Source of the DNA: an uncultured bacterium
GTDB taxonomy: Bacteria > Armatimonadota > Abditibacteriia > Abditibacteriales > Abditibacteriaceae
Assembly: GCA_963843795.1 (NCBI GenBank)
Contig: CAWJLW010000006.1
Coordinates: 1,984,001 to 2,048,000, forward strand
DNA length: 64,000 bases
Reading direction: 5' to 3'
How positions within the stretch are numbered: the first letter of the stretch is position 1; each line of letters starts with the position of its first letter. This document shows positions 9,747 through 18,827 of the stretch, one piece after another. Below the pieces are notes generated by a model. That model did not search any database and was not told the DNA's origin. It saw nothing but the letters and a program-made list of their open reading frames with translations. The translations under genes were made by a program, and so were the position numbers.

Positions 9747-11162
9747 ATGAAAGTTTTCATTGCGACGATTCTTATTCTGGCAGTCAATTGTTTGACTGCG
9801 TTCGCTGCGCCGGAAATATCAAGACAACCATCGTCCGACAAATTACCGAATTACCGTTTGACAAACCAGCTGACTACTGAAACTATAGCGGGGCCAAAGT
9901 GGGCGCATTCTTTGCCGATTTATGAAGTCGATCTCGACAGATATCAATTCCCAAATGGCGCGGCGTTTCGGGAATTCGAAAATCATTTGTCGGTGTTGAA
10001 AGAAATGGGCATTGGCATCGTGTGGTTTATGCCGCTCCATCCGCGCGGCGCAAAAAAATCGTTCGGCACGCCCTACGCGGTGCGCGATTATTTCACGGTG
10101 AATCCGAAGTTGGGCACCCTTGGTGAATTTCGCCATTTGGTAAAGCGCGCGCACCAATTGGGTTTGCACGTTTTGATGGATTGGGTGCCCAACCATACTT
10201 CATGGGATAACACGCTGCTTGACGCGCATCCAGAATTTTATCAACACAAAAATGGCGAAATTCAACACGCCGGGCCGTGGCCGGAGATGGCGCAACTGGA
10301 TTACAGCAACCGCGAGTTATGGCGATATCAGGCTAATGCGATGCAATATTGGCTGCGCGAATGCGATGTGGATGGTTTTCGCGCCGATGTCGCGAGCAAT
10401 GTGCCGCTTGCGTTCTGGCAATGGTTGCGCCCTCAACTGGAAGCCGTCAAGCCGGTTTTCTTGCTAGCCGAAGCCAATGACCCGCGCTTGCATCCGGCCT
10501 TCGATATGACTTACGATTGGGAATTGCCACCCCTATTGTGGGAAATCGCTGCCGGGCACAAACCCGCGACTGCCATTGACGATGTGCTGCGCCAACAGGC
10601 GCGCGATTACCCGCGTGGTGCAATCCGGATGCGTTTTCTGGATAATCACGATTGGCACAACGAGCCCAATCCGTGGTCGGGCAGCCCACCCAAACAAAAA
10701 GTTGAAGGCGATAGCGTGCTTCAGCGTTATGGCCAAGCCCAGAAAGCCATGATGGTTTTGTGCGCAACGTTGCCCGGCAAACCGTTGTTATACAACGGTC
10801 AGGAAATGGGCTTAACCAAAAGCGATCCGCCGCGCTTGGCTTCAATGCGGCGCAACAGTGCGCTATGGAGCTTTTATCGCAGCCTTTACCATTGCTATCA
10901 AAGCCATCCCGCTTTATATCGCGGCGATTTTTTGAAAATCGCCACCGCGCACGACGAAGATATTTACGCATTCGAGAGGCAACAGGGCAAAGATAAAGTG
11001 TTGGTAGTTTTAAATCTTTCACCGCGTCCTCAATCAGTTGTGTTGGAGCAAACGTTAACTGGCGCCTGCAGCGAACTGTTTTCAAGCCGGCGCCAACATT
11101 TTAGCGGTCGCGCTCAACTGCAGATGTCGCCATGGGACTACCTAATTTTTCTCAAAATTTAG
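9747..11162 (+). CDS. Secreted alpha-amylase family (GH13) glycoside hydrolase
   Basis: Signal peptide. GH13 regions DWVPNH, GFRADVA, LAEA and FLDNHD. Confidence 0.92.
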   Translation: MKVFIATILILAVNCLTAFAAPEISRQPSSDKLPNYRLTNQLTTETIAGPKWAHSLPIYEVDLDRYQFPNGAAFREFENHLSVLKEMGIGIVWFMPLHPRGAKKSFGTPYAVRDYFTVNPKLGTLGEFRHLVKRAHQLGLHVLMDWVPNHTSWDNTLLDAHPEFYQHKNGEIQHAGPWPEMAQLDYSNRELWRYQANAMQYWLRECDVDGFRADVASNVPLAFWQWLRPQLEAVKPVFLLAEANDPRLHPAFDMTYDWELPPLLWEIAAGHKPATAIDDVLRQQARDYPRGAIRMRFLDNHDWHNEPNPWSGSPPKQKVEGDSVLQRYGQAQKAMMVLCATLPGKPLLYNGQEMGLTKSDPPRLASMRRNSALWSFYRSLYHCYQSHPALYRGDFLKIATAHDEDIYAFERQQGKDKVLVVLNLSPRPQSVVLEQTLTGACSELFSSRRQHFSGRAQLQMSPWDYLIFLKI

Positions 11163-11170
11163 AACCGATT

Positions 11171-13325
11171 ATGAATTCACGTTTTCTATCCGTCCTCTCC
11201 ATCCTCGTCTGCAGCACGCTAACATCAGGTGCAGCAGAAAAGCCAATTGTCAATTACTCGGTTTCAGTAATCGGCAACAGCTTTTCCGGTGTGCCCGATT
11301 GGGTGCAGCAGGACATTCATGCCCTGCGCGTGACGGCTGATGGCACGGTTTACACCAACGTCGGCTGGGACGAAGCCGGACGTAATGCGGGCGTTTACAA
11401 AGATGGCAAAGTTATCGGCAACGCGCGCCACACGCACGGTTGGGGCTACGATGGCGGCGAAGCGATTGGGCTTAATGACGATTTCGTTTTCATCGCGCAG
11501 ACGGTTGATAACGAGGGCGGCGGTTTAAAGGATGAAGGTAGTTGGCCTCCGAAAAATTTAAAATGGCTGGGCCTTTCGCGACGTTTAAAAAGTGACATCA
11601 GCAAAGCTGCGCCCTTTGAAGGCGGCAAAGGCGGCGCGGGCGATACTTTAAAAAATTCGTTTCTGGTTGTGGCACAAGTGCCGGACAATTTCAAAGAAAA
11701 TCTGGTCGCACTGTGGGCCGACAACAAACGCGTTTACGTCGGCGATCCCTTTGCCAAGCAATTCAAAACCTACGATGCGCAAACCATGAAATTACTGTCC
11801 TCATGGCCGTTACCGCAGAGCGGGCCGATGGTTATCGACGCTGCAAGTTACTTGCTGGATATTAGATAGCTCGAAAGACAACCCGAAAGTCGTGCGTTAT
11901 TCGTTGGATGGCAAGCGCTTGCCGCAGCAGATTAATTTCGAGAAAACCATAGTTCCCGTGGCGTTATGTTTGGATAATCGCGGGCGCTTATTAATTGCTG
12001 ATGACGGCGTAAACCAGCAAATTCGCGTCTACGACAATCTCGCGCAAGCGCCAAAATTCGTTGGGACTTTCGGCACTAAAGGCGGTATCTATTCAGGCAC
12101 AGCGGGCGAGTTTGGTGACCTGAAATTCAATCGCCCGCGTGCCATCGGTTGCGATGCCCACGGCAATATTTTTGTAGCGCACGATGGCCAAAGCGGTGGC
12201 GGCGGAACGGTGTTGGAAAGTTACGCGCCCGGAGGCAAAGTTAACTGGCGCTTGTTCGGCCTGACGTTTGTCGATATGGCCGACTTTGATCCTGCGGATG
12301 AAAACGAAGTGTTCAGCAAAGAAGAACATTTTCAACTTAACAATGCGAAATGGGATTATCGCGGTTACACGATCCAGCGCTTTCGTTATCCACAAGACCC
12401 GCGTTTGCACATCTGGTCGGCAGGCGCATGGGTGCGGCGCATCGCGGGACAAAAGTTTTTGTTCGTCAACGATATGAACGCGGAAAATTTGCAGGTGTAC
12501 CGCTTTGACCCAGCGCAAGGCGAAATTGCCATTCCGTGCGCGCTATTCGCCAAAAAGCACATTCAAACTGACGAGAATTGGCCGCCGCATCAGCCGCAGC
12601 GCGGCGAATGGATTTGGCGCGATTTAAACGGCAACGGCGCGTTCGATGCCGATGAATATTCGACCAACGCAATGAACGACGCGCCCGGCGCGCAAGGCTG
12701 GTGGGTCGATGATGCGGGCAGCGTGTGGTTGGCGACCGAGAAAAGCGGTATTCGCCAATTTACGGTGCAAGGCCTGGATGCGCGCGGAGTTCCAATGTGG
12801 AATTATGAAAAAATGCGCGTCTTTCCGCACTTGGATTCGTTCACCGAAATCAAGCGTTTGCGCTATGATGCGACGCACGATGTGATGTATCTGGGTGGCA
12901 CGAACGCGGAACACAAAAATCAGCATTGGAAACCGATGGGGCCAATAATGGCGCGCTACGACAACTGGCTGAGAGGCAATACAACGGCGCGTTGGCAAAT
13001 CGTCGCGCCGTATGCCAAAGGCTCGCAAGGCCACGAATCGTGCGAACCAATGGGCTTTGATGTCGCAGGCGATTATCTTTTCGTGCCTTATACAGGGGCG
13101 AATAAAGAAATCGGTTTCAGCACGGGACACATCGAAATCTTCCAGTCCGCTGATGGCCAATCAATCGGCGCAATGGAGCCATCGGCGGAAATTGGCGAAA
13201 TTGGTTTGCAAGATATTCGCGAATGCCTGAGCGCATATCGCGCAAAAAATGGCGACTATCGAGTGTTACTGGAGGATGATTACAAAACGAAAATTGTACT
13301 CTATCGCTTTCAGCCAGACAGGTAA
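11171..13325 (+). pseudogene. Secreted NHL/beta-propeller protein split by a +1 frameshift (possibly a sequencing error)
   Basis: ORFs 11132..11869 and 11892..13325 join in frame (..IDAASTCWILDSSKDNPKVVRYS..) if one T at 11848/11849 is removed. Confidence 0.75.
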
Positions 13326-13330
13326 TAACA

Positions 13331-13364
13331 AAAAGCGCCCTGCAAGTACTTGCAGGGCGCTTTT
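13331..13364. terminator. Bidirectional terminator; 34-bp perfect palindrome on the motif
   Basis: AAAAGCGCCCTGCAAGTACTTGCAGGGCGCTTTT between convergent genes. Confidence 0.85.
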
Positions 13365-13379
13365 GACGCGTTCCGATTT

Positions 13380-14531
13380 TTAGTGGCCCAGAAACGCACC
13401 TTTGAGCTTGTCGAAGAAGCCGCGCGGATGTTCTTCGGGGCGCTCGTCCGATAGTTCAGCAAACTCGCGCAGTAACTCTTTCTGACGCTCGTTCAATTGC
13501 CGCGGCACCAACAGGCGCGCTACGCAAATTTGGTCGCCGCGCCGTCCGTAACGATCGGGGAAACCTTTACCATTGACACGGAACAGAGAATTAGGCTGTG
13601 TTCCTGCTGGCACGGTGATTTCCGCGTAAACCGGCTCGCCTTCGGGCGTGAATTCCAATGTCGGCACCTGAATCGTGTCGCCTAGAGCGGCTTGTGCATA
13701 CGACAGCGGCAGAGCGTATAAAACATCACGTTCGCGGCGCTCGAAATGATCGTTGTTGGCCACCGTCACGAAGCAATATAAATCGCCGGCTTCGGCGCCT
13801 TGTGCACCATCTTCGCCACCACCCAGCACGCGCACGCGGTCGCCATCATCAACGCCAGCGGGAATTTGTACCGAAAGCTTGCGTTTGTCGCGCACGCGGC
13901 CATCGCCGTGACATTTCGGGCACGGCGTGGGAATCATTTTGCCCTTGCCGCCACAACGCGCGCACGGAGTTTCCTGCACGAACTGGCCAAAAAACGTCGC
14001 GCGCACTTCGCGCAAACGACCGGTTCCGCCACACGCCACGCACGGTTCGACTTTGGTGCCGGGCGCCGCGCCAGTGGCGTCGCAAGTCTGACAATTGAGC
14101 AATGTCGGCACTTCGATTTCTTTGGTCACACCCGCGTAACACTCGTGCAGCGTGAGTGTGATGTCGGCGCGCACATCCGAGCCGCGTCGCACTTGTTCGC
14201 GCGCACGAGTACCTGTCGCGCCGGTCGCACCAGCGAACAAATCGAACAAATCGTTCAGGTTGACCGCGCCGCCGAAATCGAAATCGCTGGCACCGCCGCC
14301 ATTGGCGGCATCGGCACCGTAGCGGTCGTAGCGCTGACGCTTTTGTGGGTCGGAAAGGACGGCATATGCAGTGCCAATTTCCTTGAATTTAGCTTCAGCT
14401 TCCTCGCGGCGATGCGCGTTGACATCGGGATGATGCTCGCGCGCCAGGCGCCGATAGGCTTTTTTGATTTCGTCTTCGGTCGCTGTGCGCGAAATTTCCA
14501 GGGTCTCGTAATAATCAATCGTCATCGTCAT
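13380..14531 (-). CDS. dnaJ: Chaperone DnaJ
   Basis: J-domain HPD motif and four CxxCxGxG-type zinc-finger repeats. Confidence 0.97.
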   Translation of the reverse strand: MTMTIDYYETLEISRTATEDEIKKAYRRLAREHHPDVNAHRREEAEAKFKEIGTAYAVLSDPQKRQRYDRYGADAANGGGASDFDFGGAVNLNDLFDLFAGATGATGTRAREQVRRGSDVRADITLTLHECYAGVTKEIEVPTLLNCQTCDATGAAPGTKVEPCVACGGTGRLREVRATFFGQFVQETPCARCGGKGKMIPTPCPKCHGDGRVRDKRKLSVQIPAGVDDGDRVRVLGGGEDGAQGAEAGDLYCFVTVANNDHFERRERDVLYALPLSYAQAALGDTIQVPTLEFTPEGEPVYAEITVPAGTQPNSLFRVNGKGFPDRYGRRGDQICVARLLVPRQLNERQKELLREFAELSDERPEEHPRGFFDKLKGAFLGH

Positions 14532-14552
14532 AGTTTCTACAATTTACTTTTC

Positions 14553-15089
14553 TTAACCGGCCACTTTCACACGGGCAGGACGCAGCACCTGATCGCGATA
14601 CAGATAACCACGCGAAGCTTCTTCTAAAATTGTGCCCGCAGGTTCTTCGCTACCTTCAATCTCTTCAATCGCTTCGTGCTGATTCGGATCGAACATTTGG
14701 CCTTTGCTCTGCACAATCGTAATGCCCTGTGATTTTAAGGCTTCATCCAATTGTTGAGCGATGAAAGTCATGCCAATGCGCAGCGTTTCGACATCTTTGG
14801 CATTGGTGGTGGCTTGCACGGCACGGTCGAAATTATCGAAAACCGGAAGCAAATCCTCGAAGGTACGCTTAACGGCGCGCTCGCGAGTTTCAGTTTCACG
14901 GCGCAGTGCTGCGCGCTTGAAGTTTTCAAAATCGGCGGAAACTTGGAGCAGTTGCGCTTTGGTTTTTTCCAATTCAGCTTCCAACTCCGAAGGGGCTTCG
15001 CTCGTTTCATCCGCGACAGTTTCTTCATCATTTACTTCTACATCATCTACGATCTCTTCGTTATCTTTCACGTTTTGATTTCTAAACAC
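14553..15089 (-). CDS. grpE: Nucleotide exchange factor GrpE
   Basis: ADFENFKR, LLPVFDNFDRA, FDPNQHEAI and GY...VLRPARVKV. Confidence 0.96.
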   Translation of the reverse strand: MFRNQNVKDNEEIVDDVEVNDEETVADETSEAPSELEAELEKTKAQLLQVSADFENFKRAALRRETETRERAVKRTFEDLLPVFDNFDRAVQATTNAKDVETLRIGMTFIAQQLDEALKSQGITIVQSKGQMFDPNQHEAIEEIEGSEEPAGTILEEASRGYLYRDQVLRPARVKVAG

Positions 15090-15142
15090 GTTTTGACCTC
15101 GTAATAATTGATAGTAAGTGCTGCAAGTACTTGCAGCACCAG

Positions 15143-16261
15143 TTACAGCGTTTCCAGCGCGGTTTGCAAGCGCGCCGCCAGCGCCGGCACGAGGGAAACC
15201 GCTTCGCTATATTTCATGCGTTTGGGACCCATCACACCGACTGTGCCCAGCACTTCGCCGCCTGCCGCATACGCGATGCCGACAAACGAAAAACGTTCAA
15301 CGGTCGTTCCCGTCAATCCGGCGTTCCAGCGCGCCTCGTGACGCGCGTGCTCGCTTCCGATCACAATCGCGTGCAAACCGCCACCTATTTGCCCGTCCAA
15401 CGCCGTTCCCGCCAAGAGCAAATCGCCCAACGCGCTGCTATTTTCAAATAAACGCACCACGCCGCGCGCGTGTTCGATATCGGAAAATTCCGGTTCGTCC
15501 AGCAGCGTCACCACACCTTGCACGATCAAGCGTTCGTCGCCCAATTCTTCCAGCGAAGCGCGCATTTGTTCCCAAACGCGACGCGCCAATTGCAGCGTGC
15601 CTTCTTCGTGCAAACCTTGCGACACATCCTCAAAACTGGTCGCGCGCACCTGCGCCAAACTTCGTCCGCCCAACTGTTCATTGAGAAAATTGGCAATGGT
15701 GTTCAAGCGCCCCACATTGCAACTTTGTAAATCCTGCGGCGCAACTTCAAATAAACGATTTTCGACGCGTCCGCTTCCTGTTAGCAAAACCAACAGTAAA
15801 CGATGCGGCGGAATCGGCGAAATCTGCACCTGACGCATCGTATCGCGCGCCATCGTCGGCAAGGTTGCTACCGCCGCATAACCGGTCAAACGCGATAGCG
15901 CGCCGGTCGCATCACGAAGCGCATCTTCGACCGAGCTTGCGGGCGCATTCACTTGCTGACGAATTTGCGCCCGTTCGCTGGAACGCAGCGGTCGTGGACG
16001 CAGCATTTCATTGACGTAAAACCGATAACCCGCGTCTGTCGGCACGCGTCCAGCCGAAGTGTGCGGCTGCATCAAAAGCCCCAAATTTTCCAATTCCGCC
16101 AGTTCGTTGCGCAGCGTGGCCGTTGATAAATTGCCTGCCAGCGCACGAAAATTGGCGTCTGAAGCCAGTGCGCTCGAACCGACCGGCTCGGCATTTTCTA
16201 CATAACGTTCGATGACAGCGCCTAGAACGGCGCGCTGGCGTGGCGCAAGTTTAATGTCCAT
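15143..16261 (-). CDS. hrcA: Heat-inducible transcription repressor HrcA
   Basis: EPVGS...SxATLRNELAELE..GLLMQPHTSAGRVPTD.GYR and GPKRMKY. Confidence 0.96.
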   Translation of the reverse strand: MDIKLAPRQRAVLGAVIERYVENAEPVGSSALASDANFRALAGNLSTATLRNELAELENLGLLMQPHTSAGRVPTDAGYRFYVNEMLRPRPLRSSERAQIRQQVNAPASSVEDALRDATGALSRLTGYAAVATLPTMARDTMRQVQISPIPPHRLLLVLLTGSGRVENRLFEVAPQDLQSCNVGRLNTIANFLNEQLGGRSLAQVRATSFEDVSQGLHEEGTLQLARRVWEQMRASLEELGDERLIVQGVVTLLDEPEFSDIEHARGVVRLFENSSALGDLLLAGTALDGQIGGGLHAIVIGSEHARHEARWNAGLTGTTVERFSFVGIAYAAGGEVLGTVGVMGPKRMKYSEAVSLVPALAARLQTALETL

Positions 16262-16408
16262 TTTCAATTCAAATGTATTCACCGCAAAGGCCGCGAAGGT
16301 CGTAAAAACGTTTAAAGACGATACTGCAGATACCTGCAGAGGCCACTAAAAATCAATCTCCAACATTCTCAAATTTTATAGGTGCTTTGCGCTATGTGCG
16401 ATGATTTT

Positions 16409-17482
16409 CTATCCATCAATTGTGCCCGAACCCAGCACTTCATCGCCGCGATACAGCACGCATAACTGGCCCGGCGAAACGCCGTCCTGCGCAGTCTCGA
16501 AGCGCACCGCGAAACCATTTTGGTCGCAATTCAACAGCGTGGCTCGGTCAGGCCGCGCATGAGCGCGCGTTTGCACTTCAATAGTTTCGCCCATTTCGGG
16601 CAGCGCATTCGTCCACGTCGCGCCGCTGCATTGCAAACCCGCACAGTTCAACGCGTCGCGTTCCCCAACAACCAACGCGTTGTTCTCGACATCGATTTTC
16701 GTCACAAACAAGGGGTTGGGCGCGGCGATTCCCAAGCCTTTGCGCTGGCCGACCGTGTAACGCGCGATGCCATGATGTTCGCCCAACTGCTCGCCTTCGA
16801 CGTTCAAAATCGGGCCGGGCGTGGCCAGAATCGGCGCGCGATTAATGACAAAACGCGCGTAATCGCCATCTTCGACAAAACAAATTTCCTGCGAATCCGG
16901 CTTGGCTGCCACGCCCATTCCCAACTCCGCCGCGATGCGCCGCGTTTCGCTTTTTTCCAGATGACCAATCGGCAGCAAGGTGCGGCTCAATTCGGCTTGA
17001 GTCAACATTCCCAGAACGTAACTTTGATCCTTACGATTATCGTCGCCGCGCCGCAGATGCCAACCGTTTTCATCTTCTTCGATGCGCGCGTAATGTCCGG
17101 TGGCGATTAAATCGCAGCCCAGTTCATCGGCGCGGTCGAGAAACGCGCGAAACTTGATGTGCTGATTGCAGCGCGCGCACGGATTGGGCGTACGCCCGCG
17201 ACTGTATTCGGCCACGAAATCATCGACGACTTTCTCGTTAAATTCTTCCTGCAAGTTCAACACATAATAAGGAATGTCCAGCGCACTCGCCACGCGCCGC
17301 GCGTCTTCAGAGCTTCCAATCGTGCAGCAGCCACCGAAACGGTGTGCGGCAAACGGATCGTCTTCGCCCTGCCACAGCTTCATAGTGACGCCGATCACTT
17401 CGTAGCCCTGCTGCACCAGAAGCGCCGCCGCCACGCTCGAATCTACTCCGCCACTCATCGCACACAACACTTTTCGACTCAT
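16409..17482 (-). CDS. mnmA: tRNA 2-thiouridylase MnmA
   Basis: AMSGGVDSSV, TPNPC..CN..IKF, ATGHYA, KDQSY and DSQEICF. Likely start is 17482. Confidence 0.96.
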   Translation of the reverse strand: MSRKVLCAMSGGVDSSVAAALLVQQGYEVIGVTMKLWQGEDDPFAAHRFGGCCTIGSSEDARRVASALDIPYYVLNLQEEFNEKVVDDFVAEYSRGRTPNPCARCNQHIKFRAFLDRADELGCDLIATGHYARIEEDENGWHLRRGDDNRKDQSYVLGMLTQAELSRTLLPIGHLEKSETRRIAAELGMGVAAKPDSQEICFVEDGDYARFVINRAPILATPGPILNVEGEQLGEHHGIARYTVGQRKGLGIAAPNPLFVTKIDVENNALVVGERDALNCAGLQCSGATWTNALPEMGETIEVQTRAHARPDRATLLNCDQNGFAVRFETAQDGVSPGQLCVLYRGDEVLGSGTIDG

Positions 17483-17540
17483 AATTTTCTTCTCTGAAAC
17501 GCGCTGCAAGTACTTCTGCACAGAGGAATCCCGCGCGTTT

Positions 17541-18716
17541 TCAACTGACAATTTCTTTTAATTCACTCAACAATTCATCAATTTCCGCGCGCGTATTAGT
17601 AACGCCCAGCGACACGCGCAGGCTGGCTTTGGCCAATTTTTTTTCAACTCCCATCGCGCGCAAAACGTGCGATGGTTCAATCGCGCCACTGCTGCACGCC
17701 GAACCAGTTCCGACCGCGAAACCTGCCAAATCTAATCTCAATGCCAAACTTTCGCCGCGACAATTTGACAGCGAAAAATTGACGACGTGCGGTGCCCGCG
17801 CGCTCCCCACACCGTGAATTTCCACACCTTTCATGGCAGCCAAACCATTTTCCAAATGCTCGCGCAGCTCGAACAACGCCGCGCGATTAGTTTCCAAATC
17901 GCGTTTAGCAATCGCGCACGCCGCGCCGAATCCGACGATGCCGGGCACGTTTTCAGTGCCCGCGCGCCGTCCGCGCTCCTGACCTCCGCCGCGTAGCAAA
18001 GCGCGCATCGGCGTGCCGCGTTTAATCCATAGCGCGCCCACACCTTTTGGCCCGCCGACTTTATGCGCCGACAAGCTCATCAAATCCAGCCCCCATTCGT
18101 GCGCGCTGATTTTTATTTTGCCCGCCGCTTGTACAGCATCACAATGCAGCATCGCGCCTGTGCCCGCAAGTACTTGCGCAAGGGTTTCCATCTCTTGAAT
18201 GACGCCGGTTTCGTTATTGACCGCCATAATCGAAACCACAGCGGTTTTTTCATCAACCAATTCACGTAGCGCTTCAAGTTCGCAAACACCGTCTTTATCA
18301 ACTGGCGCGATAACGATTTCGCAGCCCAATTCGCGGAGCAGTTCGGCAGTTTCCAAAACCGCATCGTGTTCAATTGCCGACATAACGACACGATTGCGAC
18401 CCTGCGGTAGTTGCGCCAAAGCAACGCCTAAAAGCGCCCAGTTGTCGCTTTCGGTACCACCCGAAGTGAAAACAATTTCATCGGGATGGGCGCCGATAAG
18501 CCGCGCGACTTGCTGCCGTGAGGTGTCGATGGCACCGCGCGCGTGACGGCTGACGGCATACGGGCTGCTGGCATTGCCAAACCAATGCGTCCAAAAAGGC
18601 TCCATCGCCGCGCGTACTTCGTCCAGCAACGGCGTCGTCGCCGCGTGATCGAAATAAATGCGCGTGCGATTATGCGCGGAATTCGTCTTAGGCTTGGTTT
18701 CTAGTATCGCGTTCAT
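17541..18716 (-). CDS. iscS: Cysteine desulfurase (IscS/NifS type)
   Basis: YFDHAATTP, FTSGGTESDN, SAHKVGGPKG and GSACSSG. Lies upstream of mnmA. Confidence 0.9.
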   Translation of the reverse strand: MNAILETKPKTNSAHNRTRIYFDHAATTPLLDEVRAAMEPFWTHWFGNASSPYAVSRHARGAIDTSRQQVARLIGAHPDEIVFTSGGTESDNWALLGVALAQLPQGRNRVVMSAIEHDAVLETAELLRELGCEIVIAPVDKDGVCELEALRELVDEKTAVVSIMAVNNETGVIQEMETLAQVLAGTGAMLHCDAVQAAGKIKISAHEWGLDLMSLSAHKVGGPKGVGALWIKRGTPMRALLRGGGQERGRRAGTENVPGIVGFGAACAIAKRDLETNRAALFELREHLENGLAAMKGVEIHGVGSARAPHVVNFSLSNCRGESLALRLDLAGFAVGTGSACSSGAIEPSHVLRAMGVEKKLAKASLRVSLGVTNTRAEIDELLSELKEIVS

Positions 18717-18827
18717 CACAGAGATTTTAACAGAGCGGCTTGGACAGGGAAAAATGTGCTGCCAGTCATTGCAGTGAATTACAGGCAACTGGAAATCCCG
18801 CTTCATACCGCCGACACTTCTTGCACC

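Noticed and set aside
16280..16402. Weak inverted repeat (CGCAAAGGCCGCGAAG ... CTTTGCGCTATGTGCG) upstream of hrcA
   Set aside because: Too degenerate, and seen only once, to call a repeat element or RNA structure.
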